A stretch of DNA of 38,606 bases from Candidatus Limnocylindria bacterium (lineage in GTDB: Bacteria; Chloroflexota; Limnocylindria; QHBO01). Position 1 is the first letter of the stretch. Each line of letters starts with the position of its first letter. The DNA lies in the NCBI GenBank assembly GCA_046713375.1, contig JBKKBV010000035.1, forward strand, positions 1 through 38,606. Reading direction: 5' to 3'. A program made the position numbers and the translations under genes. Of the stretch, positions 18,154 through 24,774 are shown piece by piece. The notes beneath the pieces were generated by a model. It did not search any database. It had not been told where the DNA came from and was given only the letters and a program-made list of their open reading frames with translations.

Positions 18154-18756
18154 TCAGTCGATCCGGGCGACCGCCTCTGACCAGGCGATCCCCTCTGGCT
18201 CCTCGAGACCAATATCCCGCATCGTCTCAACCCGGCGCATGTTGACCAGGATCACGTCAGCCCGCTGCTCGAACCCCTCGCGTCCGCCGTCCCGCACCAC
18301 AGCCCGCGTAACCGGGGCGAACCTGAGGTTCTGACGGAGCAGGAAACCGGCCGCCTGGGCGCCCGGCGGTATGTGCACCATTCCGGTGATGATGAATTGG
18401 CCGATCACGATCTCGACCGGCTGTTTCGGGCGATGCAGCCTCCGCGATGGATCGGTCGCCTGCGGTGGAGGCACGATCAGGAGCGCGTCCCAGATCAGGA
18501 AATGTGCCCACGGCTGATCGGCGCGCTTCTCGATCGGCTGCGAGAGGTCCTGCGGTCGCTCGTCGATAAGCACGACGGGCAGGATGTCCTGGCGATTGAT
18601 GAGGTCAGTCAGACGGCCCTGGCTGAGGTCCATGCCGGCAAGCGTGCGCTGCTCCGCGGTCCAGAATTCCACCACCGAAAGGTGCGTGGCTGTCGGTTCA
18701 GCCGTCTGCGACCCTTCCGATTCGTTGCCACGGCGGCCTTTCGACAAGAAGCTCAC
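18154..18756 (-). CDS. Hypothetical cytoplasmic protein
   Basis: 200-aa ORF with a GTG start preceded by GAGGTG at a 5-nt spacing. Its composition is protein-like and it has no TM helix. I recognise no family. Confidence 0.68.
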   Translation of the reverse strand: MSFLSKGRRGNESEGSQTAEPTATHLSVVEFWTAEQRTLAGMDLSQGRLTDLINRQDILPVVLIDERPQDLSQPIEKRADQPWAHFLIWDALLIVPPPQATDPSRRLHRPKQPVEIVIGQFIITGMVHIPPGAQAAGFLLRQNLRFAPVTRAVVRDGGREGFEQRADVILVNMRRVETMRDIGLEEPEGIAWSEAVARID

Positions 18757-18785
18757 TGTTCACCTCGACCGGAACGCAACCCACC

Positions 18786-19916
18786 CTAGGGTAGCGGGAT
18801 CCGGACTCTGGAGGCCGTCAGGCATGCGCGGATGTCGCCGCGCGTTCCGCGGCGCGCGGTCGCGAGCCCGATCATCAGCAGCAGCGCGACGAAGGGTGTC
18901 AGGAGACCGCTCAGCATGGAGAGCGTCGGGACCGCGGTATCCGACATCGTCGGGTCGCCAGCCACGCCGGTCCCCCCGAGCTGGTTTTGCATCGGAGGAG
19001 CCTCCGCGTCGGTCGAGCCTGGATCCGCAGCCTGAGCAGGCTGCTCCTCGACCGGTGTGTCGCCGGGCGTGCCAGGAGGCTCATCCGCCGAGGCGCTTTG
19101 GCCCTCAGCGACAGCCTGGTCGTCGGTCGAGGCAGCCTCCTCGACAACGGACTCATCGGCCAGATCCAGTTCCTCATCTGCGGGAAGAGGCAGCTCGTCA
19201 GTAGGGAGAGCGGTGTCTTCGTCTGGCGAGCCTTCAGCGGTCGACTCTGATTCCTCGGCTGGAGACTCCTCCCCAGGGGACTCGTCGCCCGAGGACTGCT
19301 CCACCGGAGACTGCTCGGCCGGCGAGGCCGATTCATCGGCGGGATACTCATCCGCGGGCGTGGTCGTCTCGTCGCATTCGGTATCGACCCAGAAGGTCTT
19401 CTTCTTGCTGACCGTTGCGCCAGTGGCCGCCCATTCAGCGCGATAGTGCCCAGCCGGCACCTCGACAAGGCCCGAGCTATCGATTCCATCGCCAGCCGTG
19501 TCGTACACACCAGAGGCGACGGTCGACCCATCGCCCGTCGGCGCCCAGCTGACGACGACCCAGATTCCGGCCTCGAACGGGGCGTCGAGGGTGAAACCGA
19601 GCCAGAAATCGCACACATGCGGTTCGTTGTCGCCACCTGACGTCTCGACACCCGTCCCGGCGTCGTGGACCTTCACGTTGCCGGACGTGCCATTCCCGCC
19701 GCCACCGGAGCTGTTTCCGTTGGCGCCGTTGCCGTTGCCGTTGCCGTTGCCGGCACCGAGCGCCGGACCGACGGACAGGAGGAGCGAAAGGCCGAGAACT
19801 GCACTGCCCACGACGGCGATAGGTACGCGGAAGCTCCGAGCAGGAAGGCGGTCATCTCGGGACAGGTTTGGCGTGAACATGCCCAGAGGATGGCGACTCG
19901 GCGACGGAAGGACCAT
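18786..19916 (-). CDS. Secreted protein: signal peptide, (Gly-Asn)n tract, Cys-bracketed beta domain, long acidic low-complexity region and a C-terminal TM anchor
   Basis: The signal/TM segment is VPIAVVGSAVLGLSLLLSVGPALG. It is followed by GNGNGNGNGANGN, then the domain NVKVHDAGTG..NEPHVCDFWLGF..FWVDTEC. A D/E/S/P-rich stretch of about 100 aa follows. The C-terminus has LGGTG, a hydrophobic helix (LLTPFVALLLMIGLA) and the basic tail TARRGTR. The start is ATG at 19916 or at 19880. Confidence 0.75.
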   Translation of the reverse strand: MVLPSPSRHPLGMFTPNLSRDDRLPARSFRVPIAVVGSAVLGLSLLLSVGPALGAGNGNGNGNGANGNSSGGGGNGTSGNVKVHDAGTGVETSGGDNEPHVCDFWLGFTLDAPFEAGIWVVVSWAPTGDGSTVASGVYDTAGDGIDSSGLVEVPAGHYRAEWAATGATVSKKKTFWVDTECDETTTPADEYPADESASPAEQSPVEQSSGDESPGEESPAEESESTAEGSPDEDTALPTDELPLPADEELDLADESVVEEAASTDDQAVAEGQSASADEPPGTPGDTPVEEQPAQAADPGSTDAEAPPMQNQLGGTGVAGDPTMSDTAVPTLSMLSGLLTPFVALLLMIGLATARRGTRGDIRACLTASRVRIPLP

Positions 19917-20046
19917 GACGAACTAGTACTTCCGGCACATCGATGCTGCGCGACTGACGGCACCAAATCTGGACAGTGCGGTCTGATGCAGTACCCGGGG
20001 AGTACTCGCGGCCGCAAATTGACTCGAGGTCAGTTCCCTCGTCGTC

Positions 20047-20064
20047 CCGCAGGTCGACCTGCGG
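20047..20064. promoter_or_regulatory. Perfect 18-nt palindrome in an intergenic gap (operator or terminator stem)
   Basis: CCGCAGGTCGACCTGCGG is its own reverse complement. It lies 19 nt downstream of the lipoprotein gene stop and about 130 nt upstream of the 18786-19916 gene start. Confidence 0.3.
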
Positions 20065-20082
20065 CAGGCGCACCTTCAGCTG

Positions 20083-20439
20083 TTACCGAAGGGATGAAAG
20101 GCAATACCAACCGTTCACGGCGACATCCGATGGCACTTTCACATCGGACTTCGACGGACAGGGGACGTCGGCGATGCCTGTCCTCACGTCGACACGGTAC
20201 TGAGCTTTCGGGTCATCGCAGGGGAGTTCGGTCAAGGTTAGGTCGTTGTCGGGCCCGGTCACGCTTACGCAGTCGCCAGTCTTGATGAGGTCGGGCGTTG
20301 CCGAAGGCACGCCGCCGCCACAGGCCACCATGATGGCAACAAGGGCGACGGCGCCGGCAACTCGGAGGGAGATGGCGACGTGCCCTCGATTGCGCCGCCA
20401 CACCGTCCCGCCCGTGGGCTCCGGGGCTTCCGCGATCAT
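20083..20439 (-). CDS. Small Cys-containing lipoprotein
   Basis: 118 aa. It has the signal AGAVALVAIMVACGG with a lipobox Cys, and four further Cys in the mature part. Confidence 0.7.
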   Translation of the reverse strand: MIAEAPEPTGGTVWRRNRGHVAISLRVAGAVALVAIMVACGGGVPSATPDLIKTGDCVSVTGPDNDLTLTELPCDDPKAQYRVDVRTGIADVPCPSKSDVKVPSDVAVNGWYCLSSLR

Positions 20440-20474
20440 GCCCCGAGCCTACTCCTTTGCATGTTGGAGGCGGT

Positions 20475-20522
20475 TGGTGGGCGACACTGGACTCGAACCA
20501 GTGACCTCTCGCATGTCAAGCA
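20475..20522 (-). repeat. Orphan copy of the 3' 48 nt of tRNA-Val(GAC), an att-like direct repeat
   Basis: It is identical at 47 of 48 positions to 21828-21875 in the same orientation, with a C/T difference at 20510 versus 21863. Similarity stops at 20523, and no D-arm or 5' acceptor strand follows. Confidence 0.88.
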
Positions 20523-20662
20523 TCGGGGTACCTGCATAGTAGCCCCGGGCGTGACAGGCATGCTAGGTCGGACCCTGTTATGACGGTCTCGGAATGTCCC
20601 CGGACTCGGGTTGTGGCCACGTTCGGGGACGCTTCAGATCGTAGCTGGGCTTAGAGCATCGG

Positions 20663-20902
20663 CTATGACGGGGCGTCCCTCAGCCCGGCGATTTGGGGCC
20701 ACTCCCCTTGCTCGGGCTCACCTGGGCCTTGTGGTGTGCCAGGACAGACGCCGCGCAAGTCGACAAATTGATCGTTCTGCGTTGAGATCACCTGCACACG
20801 GGCCAAGCCGCACGATGCACAAACGGCGCTGATTGCAACACCGTTGCCATCGGTGGCGTGACTTCCGAGCTGCCATTGATGCTGTTGCGCTAGTTGCGAC
20901 AT
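20663..20902 (-). CDS. Small hypothetical protein (79 aa) inside the islet
   Basis: An ATG at 20902 is preceded by GAGGAAG at a 6-nt spacing. The product MSQLAQQHQWQLGSHATDGNGVAISAVCASCGLARV..GVCPG has no recognisable family. It could also be a remnant of a larger gene. Confidence 0.35.
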   Translation of the reverse strand: MSQLAQQHQWQLGSHATDGNGVAISAVCASCGLARVQVISTQNDQFVDLRGVCPGTPQGPGEPEQGEWPQIAGLRDAPS

Positions 20903-21053
20903 GGTGTCTTCCTCGGAGCAGAGCATAAGGGCCGTCGATTATCCGTCGACCGACCAGTCTAGAGGCCGGGGTCGCCTGGACGCTACCGCTCGGCCGCCGG
21001 TCTCCGGGTCGCGCAGCGCGCGGAGCGCACCGGCGAGCCGGCGGAGGCCTTTC

Positions 21054-21203
21054 GGGTTGGTCGACGAGGTCCGAATGCTGGTCTGCCCGGCGTCACGCGG
21101 CAAGGGAACGCGCATTTTCGAGGATCGGCAAGAGCTGAAGCTGGTCGAGGCCACCTCGTTCGAAAACGGGGTGGTACTTCTGCGCTACGCGATCAAGAAG
21201 TAA
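21054..21203 (+). pseudogene. 3'-terminal fragment of a dihydrofolate-reductase-family (RibD C-terminal domain) gene
   Basis: GLVDEVRMLVCPASRGKGTRIFEDRQELKLVEATSFENGVVLLRYAIKK matches the conserved C-terminal ~48 residues of RibD_C/YwjB-like proteins. The upstream part of the tracked ORF is Arg/Ser-rich and does not look like the rest of that fold. Confidence 0.6.
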
Positions 21204-21239
21204 GCGGAAAGGTCCGCAATTTCGCAGAATCGGACGGCG

Positions 21240-21660
21240 GCGATGCTGGGCGGCTGGGACGACGTGTCGGTCCCCAGGATCGACATCGTCCGAGACAGCC
21301 GATAGGAACCGTTCCGGCCGCACGGCCATGGCCTCGGCGAACGCGGCCTCCATGTGCTCGCGTCGCCGTTGAAACCGCTCGGAATGCTCAGGCTTCCGCT
21401 CGATCAGGCTGTCGACCAGTTCATCGAGGATGCCGGCACTCGCAGGCCGGGCGGTAGAGGCCGCGCTCAGCGAGCCGCAACAGCATGTCGCAGACCTCCC
21501 ACGGGTGGAGGACGCTCTCGTCGAGCACCACGGATTCGCGCCGTTCTCGCACGATCGCGCCAGTAGAGGGTCGGACGCGTCCCCGGCTTGGGCGTGGCCT
21601 GGATGTAGAGCGTAAAACTCCACCCGTTTCGCTCGGGGTCCCACTCGGGTTGCCACTACG
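21240..21660 (-). pseudogene. Frame-disrupted coding remnant of unknown family
   Basis: Protein-like stretches switch between minus-strand frames. ..NGWSFTLYIQATPKPG.. is in one frame and ..AIVRERRESVVLDESVLHPWEVCDMLLRLAERGLYRPA.. is in a second. ..ILDELVDSLIERKPEHSERFQRRREHMEAAFAEAMAVRPERF.. is in a third. No single frame gives a credible protein. Confidence 0.3.
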
Positions 21661-21827
21661 CTCAGGCGTCAGGGCCCCGGAGGCCGACGCTCTAGAAGTC
21701 GACCTCGTTGATCTCCCTATCCCGCTGGGAACGCAGACGGCACAGTTAAGCGGTCAGGGAGCGCTGTGCTGGGCGGAATCCCACGGGATGTGCCCTCGAA
21801 AGGGCTGCTTGACCACGAATCTGTGGG

Positions 21828-21904
21828 TGGTGGGCGACACTGGACTCGAACCAGTGACCTCTTGCATGTCAAGCAAGTGCTCTAACCAGCTGAGCTAGCC
21901 GCCC
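21828..21904 (-). tRNA. tRNA-Val (anticodon GAC), CCA encoded
   Basis: The reverse complement is GGGCGGC TA GCTC AGCTGGTTA GAGC A CTTGC TTGACAT GCAAG AGGTC ACTGG TTCGAGT CCAGT GTCGCCC A CCA. This folds into a full cloverleaf of 77 nt with the anticodon loop TTGACAT. Confidence 0.95.
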
Positions 21905-22039
21905 TCGGGTCCCGCATTGTGCCCGAGCCGCCGGAAGACGGTCAACCTCGGCCCGCTGACGTCCCCTTGACGGCCTCGTGGATGAAGCTGTAGACGGCCA
22001 TCACAAGCATGAACCCGCCGGCGAGCACGACGATCCCGC

Positions 22040-22537
22040 TCAGAATCGGGATGGCGAGGAACCAGGCCACAACGGCGACATGCCGCCGGCACCGCCCGCA
22101 ACGGCGGCCTGAATCGCGCCCCCTGGCCAGAACGTGGCGCTGGCGTACGCGGCCATCTCCCCGAGCGGCAGATGCAGGGCGCCGCTTCGCGCGGCGAAGA
22201 GCACGAGGTCGTACTTGGTGGCGAGCCCGAAGATCAGCTCGAGGATTTCGTCGGTCGTACCTGGCGGCAGGCGCATCGCGACCACACGCGCGGGCGGCTC
22301 ATCCGTCGCCGACAGCCACAACGGGCCTGCTCCGGCGTTGGGAACAGCGTCCGACGAAACGTCGATCCCGGGCACGTCCTTCATGAGCTCCCGATAGAAC
22401 CACCCGACGTCATTGCTTGGCTCGAAGGGACTCTGGCTGGGGTCACCGCCCCTGTCCTGCCAGCTCTTGAGCAGCGCCGCGGCCCGTTCGTCGTCGAGGT
22501 CCCGTGGCGACTGCCAGACATAAAGGTCGAAGGTCAT
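22040..22537 (-). CDS. Conserved hypothetical protein (MTFDLYVWQSPRDLDD... family)
   Basis: Only the 3' 165 codons of tracked ORF 22040-23245 are credible. The ATG at 22537 shares 1 nt with the stop of the upstream small gene (TGATG). The product begins MTFDLYVWQSPRDLDDERAAALLKSWQDRGGDPSQSPFEPSNDVGWFYRELMKD. I recall similar uncharacterised actinobacterial proteins. Confidence 0.68.
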   Translation of the reverse strand: MTFDLYVWQSPRDLDDERAAALLKSWQDRGGDPSQSPFEPSNDVGWFYRELMKDVPGIDVSSDAVPNAGAGPLWLSATDEPPARVVAMRLPPGTTDEILELIFGLATKYDLVLFAARSGALHLPLGEMAAYASATFWPGGAIQAAVAGGAGGMSPLWPGSSPSRF

Positions 22538-22743
22538 CAGCTCCTCGCGCGGCGCCCGATCAGATGTGCCGCGAGCGCGAGGCAACCGATCGCCACCAGC
22601 AGGATGAGCAGGTTGCCGCCGCTTCCGCTGGCGAAGGCGAACGGAGCGAAGATCCACCAGCCCGAAAAGATGAAGAACAGGGTCAGCACGCCGGCAAGCA
22701 CCCAGAGCACCGATGCGATCACCGAGCGAACCGTCCAGGGCAT
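22537..22743 (-). CDS. Small two-TM membrane protein
   Basis: 68 aa. It has two hydrophobic helices (VIASVLWVLAGVLTLFFIF, LLILLVAIGCLALAAHLI) and a basic C-terminus. It is 6 nt downstream of the cupin gene. Confidence 0.6.
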   Translation of the reverse strand: MPWTVRSVIASVLWVLAGVLTLFFIFSGWWIFAPFAFASGSGGNLLILLVAIGCLALAAHLIGRRARS

Positions 22744-22749
22744 CGTTGC

Positions 22750-23082
22750 CTACCAGTCGATGGTGACGCAGGGCTCGTCGCCGAGCACCCAGGCGAGGTG
22801 GCCCGGCGAGATCTCGAGGTAGTCGCCCGCCTGGCCGATCACCTCGGTCCCATCGTCCATCAGATAGCGAATGCGACCGGACAGGATCACCTCGCGGTGC
22901 TCCATCGGGCAGGAGGGATCGTCGCCCATCGGCTTGATGTACTGCTCCCAGCTCCAGCCGGGCTGCATCACCGAGCGCATGACCATGTTGTCGCCGACCT
23001 GGATCAGCTCCGTGCGGCTGCCATCGTCGGTTGGATAGACCTCGTCGGGTTCGTTGAAGCTCCGTCGCTCGATCCCGGCCAT
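22750..23082 (-). CDS. Cupin domain protein
   Basis: 110 aa. The sequence ..VMQPGWSWEQYIKP..CPMEHREVILSGRIRYLMDDGTEVIGQAGDYLEISPGHLAWVLGDEPCVTIDW has the typical small-cupin beta-barrel pattern. Confidence 0.82.
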   Translation of the reverse strand: MAGIERRSFNEPDEVYPTDDGSRTELIQVGDNMVMRSVMQPGWSWEQYIKPMGDDPSCPMEHREVILSGRIRYLMDDGTEVIGQAGDYLEISPGHLAWVLGDEPCVTIDW

Positions 23083-23099
23083 GCCCGCCTCGGTGCCGC

Positions 23100-23372
23100 T
23101 CAGCGATTCCAGTCGGTGGAGTATTGCACCAGGCCGAGTACGCGATGGATCTCAGCCCTGTATCGCGCGCCCGATGGATGACGCTCCAGCCATCGGAGAT
23201 AGTCCGGGTCGACGCTGGCAAGCTCCTCCAACGTTTTGCCCGCATGGTGGCCGAAGTCCAGGCGTGTCGGATCGAATGACGCCGTCAGCGGCGTATCGAG
23301 CCCCGGCCCGACGGGCTGAAGGGGATTCTCGTCGACATGAAACGCCTGTGGGTCGTCGGGATGTTCCGCCAT
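23100..23372 (-). CDS. Small protein with a DUF3820/ExoX-C-terminal-like motif
   Basis: It starts at MAEHPDDP (ATG, complement of 23370-23372). The motif FGHHAGKTLEELASVDPDYLRWLERH matches the FGKHKGxTLxEI..DPxYLxWL signature. The upstream 109 codons of the tracked ORF are antisense to the GT2 gene's 3' end and look non-coding. Confidence 0.65.
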   Translation of the reverse strand: MAEHPDDPQAFHVDENPLQPVGPGLDTPLTASFDPTRLDFGHHAGKTLEELASVDPDYLRWLERHPSGARYRAEIHRVLGLVQYSTDWNR

Positions 23373-23463
23373 GCCAATCGCCTCTATCGGGTCGCCTGGG
23401 GCGACGCGTGCCGCGATCCTACGCTCCGGCCTGCGGGGCTGCATCGCGTTCGCGCGCGGCCGC

Positions 23464-24774
23464 TTATCGGTTGGAGAGGTGCCCGGTGCGACGCGTCTGG
23501 ACAAAGCTGGTCGCCTGCCTGCCGGCCGCGATGCGCAGCAGCGCGGCGGGCACGACGAGCAGCCAATGTGAGAGGAAGAGCGCACCCCTGCCAGCGTGTC
23601 CGGCCAGCCCAGGCCCCCGCTCTCCCTGCGCTGCCAGGCCGGCGACAGCCAGCAGCAACGACCCGATCCCATACCCCAGGAAGAGGGAGGCGGGGACACT
23701 CCAGTCGGCGGGACGTGGCAACGGGATAGTCAGCAGGCTCGCGACGATCGTCGTCACGAAGAGCGGGGGAATGACGAATTCGCCGGTGAAGGCCAGGAAA
23801 TCGAGCTTCCGGCTGAGCGGCACATGCGCTGCATGCAGCAGGCCAGGCCCGAGCTCGATCAGGCGGCGGATGCTTCCCTCCGCCCAACGCAGCCGCTGGC
23901 GCCAGAGGCCACGGAGCGTGGTGACCGCCTCTTCTCCGACCTCCGCCTGCGGGGCCAGGGCGATCCGCTCCCCCGCCGCAACGAGGCGGGTCGAGAGCTC
24001 AAGGTCCTCGGTCAGCGCGGTCGGATTCCAGCCGCCGAGCCGATCGAACACATCGCGCTTCACGAACATGCCGTTCCCACGGAGCTCGGCGGTGCCGTCG
24101 GTGGCACGCCGTCCGCATTGGCTGGCCATGTCCATGAGCAGCTCCTCGTCCTGCGCCGCGGCGAACCAGCCGTGATCGCGGTTGTGCACCCGACGCTGGG
24201 CCTGGATGGCGGCCGCGCCTGGATCGGCCTGCCAGGCGCGCATGACACGGGTCAGGAACTCCGGGGACACGCTCGCGTCGGCGTCCAGGACACCGATCAC
24301 CTCGCCTCGGGTGTGCGGCTGGGCAACAGCGAGCGCCGCCGCCTTCGTCCGGGGGCCGTCTTCGGCTTCGCGGCGCATGACGCGGATGCGATCCGGGTGC
24401 ATGCTGGCCGCCTGGTGGACCAGTGCCCCGGTCTCGTCGGTCGATCCATCGTCCACGACCACGATGTCGAAGCGGCGCTCCCCCGCCTGCGAATAGTCCT
24501 GCCCGGCCAGCGAAGCGAGCGTGGCGGCGATCACGGGCGCCTCGTTGCGGGCTGCCACCACGAGCGTGACCCACGGCCTGGTGCCTTCCACGGCCGCCGC
24601 GCGACGTGCGTCACGCATCGCCTGGTAGCCGCGCAGCGCGAGATAGGCGACGTACACCAGCGAGACGGCGATCGCGGCCTGCAGAGCGCGCGCCACGATG
24701 GCAAACGTGATCGCCAGTGAGGCGATGACGGCCGAAGCAACCAGGACGGATGCGGCGACGACCCTGGTCGTCAT
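23464..24774 (-). CDS. Membrane-embedded family 2 glycosyltransferase, processive type (QxxRW)
   Basis: The motifs are VVVDDGSTDET, VLDADA, GNGMFVKRDVF, TEDLELS and QRLRWAEG, flanked by TM helices at both ends. I prefer the start at 24774, which gives an ATGA overlap with the MFS gene stop. Confidence 0.9.
   Translation of the reverse strand: MTTRVVAASVLVASAVIASLAITFAIVARALQAAIAVSLVYVAYLALRGYQAMRDARRAAAVEGTRPWVTLVVAARNEAPVIAATLASLAGQDYSQAGERRFDIVVVDDGSTDETGALVHQAASMHPDRIRVMRREAEDGPRTKAAALAVAQPHTRGEVIGVLDADASVSPEFLTRVMRAWQADPGAAAIQAQRRVHNRDHGWFAAAQDEELLMDMASQCGRRATDGTAELRGNGMFVKRDVFDRLGGWNPTALTEDLELSTRLVAAGERIALAPQAEVGEEAVTTLRGLWRQRLRWAEGSIRRLIELGPGLLHAAHVPLSRKLDFLAFTGEFVIPPLFVTTIVASLLTIPLPRPADWSVPASLFLGYGIGSLLLAVAGLAAQGERGPGLAGHAGRGALFLSHWLLVVPAALLRIAAGRQATSFVQTRRTGHLSNR

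Larger units (their letters stand above)
20475..21875. mobile_element. Possible decayed integrative islet remnant bounded by tRNA-Val 3'-half direct repeats
   Basis: The direct repeats are 20475-20522 and 21828-21875. The 1.3-kb interior holds only gene fragments and one small ORF, and looks more AT-rich by eye. I found no integrase. Confidence 0.45.

Noticed and set aside
20475-20560. A possible second functional tRNA-Val gene
   Set aside because: Only the 3' 48 nt are tRNA-like. The upstream sequence has no D-arm and no 5' acceptor strand complementary to GTCGCCC. The anticodon stem cannot pair (GATGC versus GCGAG).
20523-21827. Search for an integrase, excisionase or transposase inside the tRNA-flanked islet
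   Set aside because: I translated both strands by eye. There are no R..HxxR..Y recombinase blocks, no DDE motifs and no serine-recombinase N-terminus. I found only a RibD_C fragment and unidentifiable frame-hopping remnants.
22040-23245. A 401-aa minus-strand ORF spanning four smaller genes' territory, plus the plus-strand ORFs 22172-22822 and 22504-23181
   Set aside because: Only the last 165 codons of the 401-aa ORF look protein-like. The upstream part runs out of frame through the small membrane protein and cupin genes. The plus-strand ORFs are antisense artefacts.
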